64,000 bases of DNA, taken from assembly GCF_009914755.1 (NCBI RefSeq), contig NC_060930.1; one strand, given 5' to 3'. Origin of the DNA: the human T2T-CHM13v2.0 reference genome, Homo sapiens. Shown here piece by piece: positions 26,711 through 39,761 of the stretch (position 1 is its first letter; each line of letters opens with the position of its first letter). The notes beneath the pieces were generated by a model. The model saw only the letters and a program-made list of their open reading frames with translations, had not been told where the DNA came from and did no database searches. The position numbers were made by a program, and so were the translations under genes.

Positions 26711-28435
26711 CTCCCCTAAATATTTTAGTCATGTTATGCCCATAATGTCAACAGAAGATCGTTATTAAAAATATTTTTTAAAAATAGGTCAAACTGAAAG
26801 AGTGGGCGGTTATCAGCCACCTCCCCTGAATAGTGAAAATGTGTGGACAATGCTTTCCCATTGCGGATACAAATCTGACAGAGAAAAGATGGAAAGATGA
26901 GGAACGTCAATTCTCCGGACATCTTCTGAATCTCATTTCGGTGAAAAGGAAAGGCTGATTGATGAAACAAAGTCGTAGAGACCTTGGGAGAAAGTGGCCC
27001 TCTCATTCTGGAGCTCCCAAATGCTAAGGGAACACTGGGCTTTTTAGGATGTCTGCAGTAGACTTTAGGAACATATATATTCAAGAAGTTCAGAGAAACA
27101 GTAAATGTGATTCCACAGCAGGAAGCTTCAAATGTGGAGATGGCCTAAGAAGGATGGGAGACCCTCCAAGTCCTGAGAGCCGAATCAAAATATGAGCTCC
27201 CCATCCAGAGAAACTGATACTGCACAGGAACTTCTGTAGCAAATTTCCATGGATGAAAGCAGAAAGTAACTGAAAATGGATACTAAAGGGTGGGACCAAT
27301 TGGCTAGAGCAGTAACTGAAAGATGAAACCCCAAATGAGCTCAACCTTTCCTCATTCTAAGGTTACCAGAAGGAGGAGGCTTCTACCAATAAGAAGGAGG
27401 CTTATTTGGGTCACTTCAGAATACGTCATGAAATGGGTTGGTCGGTGGTCCCAGGGCAGGTGGTAGAAGATACCACGTGGTGCGAAGGAGCAGAAATCTT
27501 GAAAAACTCCCCAGGGTGCAGCCCCAGTCCTGACACTGGCCCAGGCTTTGCCTCAGCATCTGGATCGGTAGCCAAAGGTGAAGCACAGAGGAAGAAGCCT
27601 GCCTAATCCTCCACCGTCGGGTGTGCTCACCCTGAGCGGCCCCACCCTGCACAAGTGCGGCAGGTCTCATCCGCCTAAGTCACACCTGTGCATACCCCTT
27701 TCATCAGCCCTCCTTCAAGTGGCAATTTAAACATTTTAAGGCCACCTGTTGAGCACCCATTTGGTAAATTTCCTTTTATCACCAGCTCACGGGGAGTAAG
27801 TGGGTAATGTAATTATGGGGCAGGAGAATGGGGCGTTTGATTTATGCTTTTTGAGGATTAGCCAAGTGCCCCAATGCCAAATCCGTGATCACCTGAAAGG
27901 AAATCTGAAGGAAGAATCTGCCAAATAAGTAAGTCCTCCAGGTGCTCTTCAGACAAATGGTTTTGAAAATGGGTATCTTCTGCCTTTAGTCTCTGGAGAG
28001 CTCAAAGGCTTCTGGGGTGGACAAAGCTGATGTGTTTGCCTCCTTGTGTGATGAGCCCAAGGAGCAAAGGAAAACGTTTTCCAAATGCCTGTAGCCAGGG
28101 CAACACAGGATTGGGAAGTGCTGGGAATGTGGAGGATTGTGTGCAAAACAATGATAGGGAGCTAGGCTTCTGATCTCCTGAGCATTCCTGGGATGCTACC
28201 TGTGTCCACTCAGTGCATAGGATCTGGAATGTTTCTAGATGATGCCAGAGAGGGGGCATGGACCAGTCACCTGGTCTCAGGCTGCAGGGCACAGAATGCT
28301 AAAATCCCACCTTTGACGCAGCAGACAGTCTCTCTGATGATACTTGGATGACATTCCATTTTGTCTGGGAATATGTGGCAACAGGTCAGGGAAGGGGCAC
28401 ATGCTAGACATTTTTAGAAATGAACAAATGCATGG

Positions 28436-28872
28436 TATATCAGTTTCCTGTGGCTACTGTAACAAGTACCACAATCTGAGTGGCTTGGGAAAACCAATTT
28501 ATTCCATTTATTCTCTTGCAGTTTTATAGGCTAGAAGTCCAAAATCAAGGTGTTGGTGGGGTTACACTTTTCTAGTGCCTCTAGGGGAGAATCCTTGTCT
28601 CTTCCCCCTTCTGCTAGCCCCAGGTTTTCCTTGGCTTGTGGCAGCACTTCAATTTCTACCTCTGTCTTCACACGGCTGTCTTCCCTCTGTGTCTACATCC
28701 AAATTTTTATCCTCTTGTAAAGACACCAGTCATACTGGATTAAGGTGAGCCCTAAGCCCATATGAGACCTCATTTTAACCTAATGACATCTGCAAAAACC
28801 CTGTTTCCATATACAGGTTCTGAGCTTTATATCTCAAGCATAGTTTTTGGGGGGACACAATTCAACCTATAA
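28436..28872 (-). mobile_element. MLT1B/C-type MaLR LTR
   Basis: gtttcctgtggctactgtaacaagtaccacaa...agaagtccaaaatcaaggtgttgg...ggggacacaattcaacc. Confidence 0.8.
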
Positions 28873-30353
28873 GGTGGATATATGAAAAAACAGAGTCACC
28901 ATCCCTGATTTGTCACATGAATACTTGGAAGGTGATGGAAGTTTTGATCTATTGTCATCTCAGCTTAGGGTTCACCCTCTAAAACAGACAATGGCTTTTT
29001 AATTTTTTGCTCTAATTCTAAAAAGAGATAATCTGGTATGATGTAACATAATGCGTAATACACTCACATGTAATAAAATCATAACGCAACTATAGAAGAG
29101 GGCTGTAAGCCTAAGGACAGGGAAGCCTCTGGGTACCTAATTGTCACAAGAAGGGCTCTTAGAAGAGAGAGAGAAAAAAAGGAGGAAGAAAAATCAATGA
29201 ATGTTAATGGACTAAATTTTCAAACATCTGGCAATTCTAGGATGGCTTGTTGAAGAGACAGAATAGTTAAAAGAAAAATGAACAAAGCAGCTTCAGAATA
29301 TAGTGTATGACCCTAAAATTTCTGGAAGGTCCAAGTAATGGGAGAATGTTGGGTGTTAACAGAAGCAGCAGTCCACAGAAGACGACTGAAGTGAGAGCAG
29401 CTTCACAGCCTGCCCCTTCCCTGGGGTGGGGGGGATTTCCTGTGAGGCTTGAAGCACAAAGCAGTGTGTATTTAAATTTCACACATGAGCCAAATGAGTG
29501 GGGTACTATAAACCAAGGCTGCCCAGGAATTCTCCATAGCCATAGGTCATCTTTTTACCTAATGTTGGATCTATGTGGGATGTGGGGCATTTTCTATTAA
29601 TTACATTTCTTAATTTACTTCTGTAAAAAGAATCTGGTAACTATTATTTCTAGTGTTCCTAGAGTTTCAGGGAAAGAGAGATAATGCTAGCAATGGTCAA
29701 TTAACCACCTGGGGAAAAAATTCATGAAAATTTATGCTTACAGTTATGCTATAAGCTAGGTAAGGAACTATGGGATGAGTTTGGAAGAGAAGCACATGGC
29801 CAGTTATAATTTTGCTTCAAAAGCCTAAAGATGCCTTAAACAGCCTGTTTTTGAAAATGATCCCTCGTGAATTTATCTAAGTCTATCATAAACATATTTT
29901 GATACATATTACATAATTTTCAAAGTAGTTATGTAGTACTGTAGCATATTTACATGACTCAAATAATAAAAACATGTAAAAAGGTATACAGAGAACTTCC
30001 CACTTTGTTCCCTTTCTGTAAGTTCCCATCCTTCCCAGCAAGGAATGTTATTATTAGGTCTTTGTTTTTACTTCTGATGAATTATTATATATTTGCTAGC
30101 CAACACAGATATATAATTCTGTGTTCCCTTAATTTTTTATAAGTGGTAGCATGACATCTATTTATATGAGTATAAAATGAGGTATGTACATATTTATTCA
30201 TTGCAGCATTTTTTGTAGTAGCAAAAATTTGAAAATGGCTTTAGTGTCCATCAGAGGGAGACTAATCAAGTTGAGGAATATCTACACTATGGAGTAGTAT
30301 GCAGTTGTAAAAAGGAATGGGAGGTGATCCCTATATACCTATAATGAAAGATC

Positions 30354-30722
30354 CGTCAGTCTGTTAGGGCTGCTATAACAAAATGTCATCAGCTGGGAGG
30401 CTTATGAACAACAGAAATTTATTTTTCACAGTTCTGGAGGTAGGAAAGTCCAAGGTGAAGGTGCTAGCAGATTTGATGTCTAGGGGCAGAGGGAAATTAT
30501 TTCTGGTTTGCAGACAGCTGTTATCTCCTTGTATCCTCACATGGTGGAGGGCAGAGAGAATACTTCTTTCATGTCTTTTTTTATAAGGGCATTAATCCTA
30601 TTCCTGAGAGCTCTACCCTCATGACTGAATCGTCTTCTAAAGGCACCACCTCCTAATACCACCACACTGGGGATTAGGTTTCAGCATATAAATTTTGGGG
30701 GGAACACATTCAGTCCATAGCC
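30354..30722 (-). mobile_element. MLT1A0-like MaLR LTR inserted in an old L1ME
   Basis: gggctgctataacaaaat...cacagttctggaggtaggaaagtccaagg...acattcagtccatagc, flanked by agatc repeats. L1ME-like 3' sequence on both sides. Confidence 0.8.
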
Positions 30723-31313
30723 AGATCTCCAGAATACATTAAGTGGAAAATGTAAGATATAGAACAATGTATACACTATGTGCTTTCGGGTAAGAAGGTG
30801 GGGCAGTAAGGGTATATATTTGCATTTTCTTGCATCTGAATACAGAACAATCTGGAAAAAGTACAAGAAACAAATAAAGTCTTAATTTAGATAGGGTGAA
30901 GGAAGTATGATGATCAGGGACAAGGAAGAGTGTGACAATTTCCAATGTTTACTGTGTTCTAGCATCTTTTGAGTCATGCAAATACATTTCCTATTTAAAA
31001 TAAAAAATAAAAATAATAGTTAATTAAATGTACATCCCTGGGATCTGATAATCACACCTCCAGGAACCTAGCCTAAAAATATTTTCTTACACATGTTCAA
31101 AGACATCTGCAAGGATGTTTGCTGCAGCATTATTTCAACAGCGAAAGACTAGAAATGACTTAAATATCTATTAAAAGTAGACCAGTTAAGTGAGTTAGGT
31201 TGCATTCATAGAATGAAACACTATATAGATGTTACAAAGAATGTGAAACATATATTAATATGGAAAGCTCTCCAAGACACATTAAAGTGAAAAAATGCAA
31301 AAAACATTGTGCT

Positions 31314-32540
31314 TTTTTGAGAAATGTCCATTCAAGTTCTTTGCCCATTTTTAATAAGAGTAGTTTCTTGTTACTGAGTAGTTTGAGTTCCTTTGTGTAT
31401 TTTGGATATTAGTCCTTTATCCAATGTATAATTTGCAAATATTTTCTCCTAATCTGTGGTTTGTGTCTTCATTTTATTGTTTCATTTGCTATGCAGAAGC
31501 TTTTTATTTTGTTGCAACTCCATTTGTCTATTTTCGCTTTCATTTCTCAAAAGAAGACATACCAATGGCCAACAGATATATGAAAAAAATGCTCAACATC
31601 TATAATTATCAGAAAAAAATGAAAATTCAAATCACAATGAGATATCACATCAGACCTATTAGATTGGCTATTAACAAAAAGATGAAAGATAACAAAGATG
31701 AGAATGTGGAGCAAAGGGAACTCTTATACACTGTTGGTGGTATTGTAAATTAGCACAGCCATTTTTGGAAACAGTATAGTGGTTCCTCCAAAAACTAAAA
31801 ATAGAATGACTATATGATCCAGTAATCCCACTACTGTGTATATACCCAAAGGAATTGTAATCAGTGTGCTGAAGAGATGTCTGCACTCCCATGTTCATTG
31901 CAGCATTCACAATAGCCAAGATATGGAAACAACCTAAGTGACCCGAATCGACAAACGAATGGATTTAAAAGATGTAGTATATAATCACAATGGAATGCCA
32001 TTCAGCCTTAAAAAAACAAAACAAAACAGGAAATGGTGTCATTTGTGACAACATGGATTAGCCTAGAGGACATTATGTTAAGTGAAATAAGCCAGGCACA
32101 GAGGGACAAATACCACTTAGGTCTCACTTTTATGTGGAATCTTAACAACTCAGAAGTATAGAGTAGAATGGTGGTTACCAGAGGCTGGGGGAATGAGGAA
32201 TGGGTGGACAGGGAAGGGGGAGACATTGATCAACAGGTTCACGGTTACAGATAAATAGAAGGAATAAGTGTTGGCAATCTATTGCACAGCACAACGATTA
32301 TAGTTAATAATAATGTATATTTCAAAATAGCTGAAAAAAGAGGATTTTAAGCATTTTCACCACAAATCAATGATTAATATTTGAGGTGATGGATATGCAA
32401 GTTAGCCTGATTTGATCATTCCACAATTTACACATGTATCAAAACATAACATTGCATTCCATAAATACATATAATTACTATTTGTCAATTAAAAATAAAA
32501 TAAGACAAAAAAAGAAATTACCAAAAAGAACATACAAAAC
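31314..32540 (+). mobile_element. L1MA-type LINE-1 3' fragment with a 5' inversion
   Basis: 31314-31540 is antisense and 31541-32500 is sense L1 ORF2-end/3'UTR. TSD acatt(g/c)tgct at 31304-31313 and 32541-32550. Confidence 0.85.
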
Positions 32541-32630
32541 ACATTCTGCTTCTATTTTTTATAAAATAAATAAGATGTATGCATATACTCCCACCAACAT
32601 ACCCTGTATTCTTATTTTAAAAGAATGTGT

Positions 32631-33063
<433 letters not shown>

Positions 33064-36000
33064 TTATTGCAATGACTTTTGAATTGCATGACTTTTCTTT
33101 TACTGTGTATGTGTTTTCCTTTTTGAATTAAAAAATATAAATAAATAAATGTACAACTGTACGATGAAGATTATACACGTGTAAAACAAACAACTGAGAA
33201 AACTATATGTACTTATACAGAAGTGTCTCCAAGATACATTGTGAAGCAATTTTTATTTTTAATTTTAGCTACTACAGGGTTTCCCATACTGTGTGCTACC
33301 TGCTTTACATTCTATCTGGAGATCAACTCACAACATTTTTCATGACTTTATGTTTGATCATATCACATCTCTGCCTTCCTGACCGAGGAAGACTATTGTT
33401 TGTTGCAGTCTGTTTTCCTCACCTGTGAGACTTGATGGCAGTCTTTGGGTTGAAATCCTAGCTCTTATTGCTTATGAACATAAGCAACTGTTGTGGGCCT
33501 CATACTATATCTGTAAATAAGAAAATAGATATGGTACAGGAATGTTATAAGAATGTGAGATAATGTAAGCATGTACTACTTACCATATGAGGACTGCCAT
33601 TAACACTACTTGTGATATGGCAGTTAGAACTGCAGAAAGGAGTGACCACACCTTGGTTTTGCACCGGGAGAGGTGAAGTTTTTTGTGTCATGGCCAAGAA
33701 TGTTCTAGAGGAAGCCCAGCGTTTGACTGGCTTTTTGGGCTCAGTAGTCTCAGACCAGTATCTCAAAGAATGAGCCACAAGTGATAGTTCAGAATTCATG
33801 ATCCTGTGGGTGCAGTGCGGGCTTTGTTCTTGCCTGTATGGAGGCATTTCACTGCCCCTCTTAGGGGAGCTTATTTCCATGATGCAACCATGTGTTTTAT
33901 CTGGTGGCTTTACTCTCAGGATGCCTCCTGTTGTCAATTGTTGCCTTCAGTGCATTAGGCATATGTTTGAATCCATATTTATGAACAATGTCTTTCAAAA
34001 TAGTGAATTAAAATGTCCATGTTGTCTTTCTTCATCTTTACGAGGTAAAGGAAAAATAGTTGCCTTTCCATATTCTTTCCATTTTAGAGCTACTCAGAGC
34101 TCTCAGTGCAGCTCTAGGTCAAGTGGTCTTACTGATTATCAAGTTGGCTTTCTGCCTTGATGCATTTATAGGAGCTTTTATTATTGACTTTGGAGCTCCT
34201 TGCAAGGTACTCCAAAAAAGCATTTTAAAATAGTCTCCAGTGGGCAGTTTACATTTTAACTGCTCCTTTCATTATCTTCCTCAACACCCTTATACAGTTC
34301 CCTTTTCTAGAATTAAATAACCACACGATAGCTTTTGGGCTCCATGTCTTTTTCGGATGTTGAACTTGGCCCTGTTGTTGTCTTTATTATGTTGTGGTTC
34401 AGTGAGAGTCTCATGCTTTTTCACATTCATCACCTTTCTCCTAGTTTTTGTTTTCATGTTGTATGGCAACTTGATAAATTAAGGGCCAAATATTTAGTGC
34501 CACCCTGGTTTTTTTTTTTTTTTTTAAGAATTCCTTTGAGAATCACTGTCAATGTGATAAGAGGCAGAATCGTGTGATACATAAGAATGTGGGTGCAAGA
34601 AGAAAGACTGAAGACCAACATTTTCCAAAAGTCCCATGGTTCCAGGTGAATGTAAAGTCTTCTTCCACCATTAATTAATCTATGATTTAAGACTGAAGAT
34701 CTGCCTGTCTCTTGAGTCTTATTTTTGAGGCCACAGTACTTTGCAGACCATTTTTCTAGAAATATAGACTCTGATTTCAGGTTCTCTTGCTTCACTTTCC
34801 TATATCACACTTCCACAAATCCCAGAGCAGGGCCTGCCAGCTCTCTAGGTTTCTCTTCTCTCATCCACACTCGTCGTCCCTAATGGCAGCCTGATTGATC
34901 TTATGCTGAAGGCCAAGAGCTCAATGAATTGTGAGAATTTCTGGTGGAATTTCTTGGTAGAAAATAGCTCTTCACAGGTCCAATACTAATGTTTCCAAAA
35001 CTGTAAGTCAGAGAGAACTCCCTACCCCACAACACATATACATCCCTTTCCATAATATGTTCCTAGTACCCTTGAGGCTATATTGGGGGTGGTATACACT
35101 GGGTTTGACCTAAAATGGTAATCCTTATGTGGACTAAAAAAAGAAATTTTTCTTTTTCTAGTTTTCTTGTTTTAATTAAAGAAAGAACCTATGTTTTGCC
35201 ATCTACTTCAAAATATGCCAAAAGGGAGCAACAACTGCCACAAGAACCAGTTCATACTCAACTCATCCCATGGTGTGGCAGTCTCGTGGACACGTAGCTA
35301 AGTTACAGGGGATGAAACTAGCACACTTGTGTCTGAGAGAGAGAGAAACTAAAGATAGTAAAGAAAGTGGAATTGTATCCTTGGGAAAGATCTTCAACAC
35401 ATGGTTAAATAAAGAGACAACCATGAGGTATATTTCACTTATCAATTTGAGTAGAATTGAAAAATAATGCATCTCAATACTGGTGATGATGTGAGAAAAT
35501 TAGCACTCATAGTCTGCTGGTGAGAGAGTAAGTTGGAACAATCTGGAGGTAAATTTAGCAATCTATCTCAAGAGCCTTACAATAGGTGCGCCTTTTGACT
35601 TAGAAATTCCACTTCCAGAAATCTATTCTAAGGGAAAAATAGACATAATGAAGAAGCTAGCTTATTGGTACTTCATTATAGCATCAATTGAGTAAAAAAT
35701 TAGAGTGACCTTAAGGGCTGAATAAAGAAAACTGGTTAAATGTATTGTAATACACAAGAATAAAGTTACAGATGAAAAAGGGCATGGAAAGATATTCATG
35801 ATGTATGCATGAAAAAAATCCCATTAACAAACTGTATAGAGTGTTGGCTAATGATAATTCTCAAAAAAGACAGCTAGAAAAACTTATTGACCAAGAAAAG
35901 CTAAGTTTATCAGATTTATTTCAACAAAGAAGAACATCTTCTTGACAGAGTCTTAGTAGCACATCAGAAGGGAAGGATATTTACAGGGTCTTAGGGCCAT

Positions 36001-39000
36001 TTAGGGCCAAATGATTATAAGGTGGGTCTTGAAAGGCAGAAAACGGGCTGGGATTGGGCAAAGTTTATAATGTAAAAGCTTTGAATCCATGCGCACTGTA
36101 AGGTGAGGTCTTGGACAATTATTGTTGAGCAAGCTGTAGGTCTTGATAAGTAAGCAAATATTTTCTGGAGAAAGTAGCAAGTTGTTTTTGTCTGGTCCTA
36201 GTATTGTTTGGCATAGAAACAGAAAAATATATTTGGCCCCAGAATTGTTTATCATGGGGACAGGAAGGTACGTTAGGTTCAGTTCTCTTTTTGTTAAAAA
36301 AAAAGTATTCATATTTATATTCCTATCTCACTAGAAAAAGTCTGGGAAAATAATTATTTACTAATTAAAGGTGGTTATCTGTGGGCAGAAGGATTACCAG
36401 TATAATTTATTTTTTATTTCTTATCTGTATTTTCAAAATTTTCCCTAATGAACCTATATGCGGAAAAAAGATGCATTCGTTTAAACCTTATTTAGTCAGA
36501 TAATTCTAGGATTATAGCACCCAGAATCACCCTCCCCTCAAAGCTTCTAACCTGTTTCTAAATATAACACCTAATCTAGGCACAAGTTTGTGGCTAATTT
36601 GGACAACTGACTAAATTATTAACTCATCAAAACCATGTGATAAAATGAGCTTAGGTAGCTTTTCATTTTTTCAGCCAGACAGATAAATGCTGTACACACT
36701 GTTTTAGAAGGATTCGTTCTTCAGAAGCACCTTGGAAGCATATTTAACTAACACAGACACCTATTTCTCTCCTTAGCTCTCTGTTTTCACTCTATTTTCA
36801 GAATTATGGTACAGTGGGTGTCAGGGACTAGAAGGAAATGAAGAGTGAGATCCAAGGTGAACCCAGAAGTCTGCAATAGTGTCTCATGATCTCTCCAGTC
36901 AACCACTAATAAATACTTTTGAGCATCTAATATTTGCTGCGTCCTAGACAAGGTGAGGCACGGCACAAAAATTGAATAACCTATGCTCTATCTCTTAAAG
37001 GAGCTTAGTTTGTAATTGGGGACAGGGTGGTAACAGTGACTAACACACAGGAAACAATTCTAGACAGACTGAAAATGGTGTGAAACCAAGCACTGCTCCA
37101 CAGACGGAATAGTACTGGGTTTTAACTGGTCTCTATTATGGCATTTGTATTATGCATCTCAGCAGTCTAGACTCCAAGGCCTATATGGATTTGGAAATAA
37201 GAGTGTTTGGGGCATTGAGATATTCTACTTAAAGGAGGATTACATTGAAACTTGTTTTTCTCATTTCCACATTTTTAAATTAAAAATCTTCCCAAATTTT
37301 GAGTATGCTTTACTCTTTGCATAAATAAATGCAGCTGAATGAACCCAATTGCAGGGCCTCAGGGTCGTGTTTATTGCACGTGGATGTAGATTTCAGTGAA
37401 TCTAAGTAGAAGGATAGGAGACCTATATAATGTAAATCGACTCCAAGTCATACTCTGAAATTTACTTTAAAAGAAAAAATTCACATAGACGAATACCTGA
37501 TGGCCATGTATTTTCTGGTTATTGGCTTCTTTCCATTAAAGAAGAGCACAGAGAGACCTTCCAATAGATTGAATGTTCCAATTGGTTGAAATGTCATTCC
37601 ACTTAAAATAACCCTTTATTGCCAAAAAGTACTCTTCATCAGAGATTGTATAATCTCATAGACAAGGAGCCTTCATAACTCCCTTCGGGAAACTGAGGCC
37701 CAGAAAGGAGCCTTGCTCAAGGGCACATGGTAATTTAATGATGGACCTAAGAGTCAAATTCTCGTTTCTTTGTTTTCAGTCCTGACTTCCTACCTCTCCA
37801 GTCTAATACTCCATGCCTTTTCCCACAAGGTAAAACTTACTGGGGGCTCTGGGTAGGTTAGCTACTAGACATAAAAACAAAAGAAATAAATAAAAGCAGC
37901 ATAGGTCACAACAACTTTGAGTGTAATGAGATACTCTCATTTACAATGTCACTTCTCTGGAAGCTTCTCTGGAACAGGACTTAGTCTTCCTCAATACTAG
38001 GCACAGTCACTGCCATCCTGTGCCCCTTGGTTTCTTCACAGAACCATTAAGGAAACCAAGACACAGAGAGATGATGTCTCCCATGCTCCCAGCTCTTGGT
38101 CAGCCTGGAGAGCAGATGCCCTACGTTCACACAGTGGAAGCCTGGGACGTCTCCTGGGTGAGCAGTCTAATGATCTAACTGGCTATTAAAAAAACAACCA
38201 CCACAACCAACTTGGCTAATATACCACTTAGAATGCCTTGGGCCACTCGTGGGGTAAAAGAAAATCACCATCAAACAATCTGGGATGAATTACAGAACAG
38301 GAAATCCAGAGTTAGGACCAGTTTCAGGGTTTGTTGATTTAGCAACTCTGTGGTCACATCAAGGACCCAGGTTCTGTCTCTGTCTCTTGCTGCGTTTTGC
38401 AGCATGTTGCCTTTGCCCTGAGGCTGCTACCCTCTCAGGGTCCCCAGAGGACGGCAGCACTTCCAGGCCTCATACCCACAATCAGAAGCAGTGACCTAAG
38501 GAGTCACTTTCTTAACAACAAGGGGATATTTCTCAGAAGTTCCTGAGTAAATCTGCCTTCACAATACTGGGCGGAACTTGGTCAGGAGCCCACTTTGAAA
38601 CCAACCACAGCCAGCAGGATGGCCCAGACCATTTGTGCTTTACTCTTGGAACTGGGGATGAAATCACCCTCGCTCCAGTCATCTGAGGGTGGGAGTGTGT
38701 GTGTAGGGTGGGGGAGTAGGGAGGAGGGAGGTGGTGGACTCCTGACCCAATCAGAGCTCTGCCTGTGGAAGATGGGAGTCGGGATGGTGGGGTGACCAGC
38801 AGCTGCATCTACTGCACCTGTCCTGAGACCCTAGCTGCCCCTCCCATCAAGATCCACCCCTGGGTCTGCTGTTTCATTTCTTCCAAGGTAATGAAGTGCT
38901 GTTATGACTACCCTTTAGCAATGTGAATGCTCATAGAAGTCTTCATCAGACGTCACATTGGCTTCAGGTAAAGCTTACTAAGGACTCTGGGAACCTGAAC

Positions 39001-39140
39001 CCAGAGTCAGTGATGTGGTGTTGAGAGTAGGGATTTCAGCCTAGGAACGCAAGCCACTGAGAGCCAACAGAGAGCTCTGGGCACAAGAAGAATGATATTT
39101 TAAGGAATTCTTTAAATCATACCTGGACTGTCACTGTTGA

Positions 39141-39585
<445 letters not shown>

Positions 39586-39755
39586 TTTGATTTTTAAAAA
39601 GAATGAACATTTTCCTTTATAATGGGAAAATAAATTAACCTTTATGTGGAAAAAAAAAAGGTACTTCATACTTGTCATCTAAAACAGCACAGGAAATCCC
39701 CACCTCAAATAAGAAGTTAGATGACCACTTTTGTAATATTTGAAAATAAACCAAC

Positions 39756-39761
39756 TTTATT
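39756..39761 (-). terminator. Main CLIC5 polyadenylation signal (AATAAA)
   Basis: Minus strand reads TTCAAATAAAGTTGGTTTATTTTCAAATATTACA, with GU/U-rich sequence downstream. Additional minus-strand AATAAA at 39863-39868 and 40237-40246. Confidence 0.8.
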
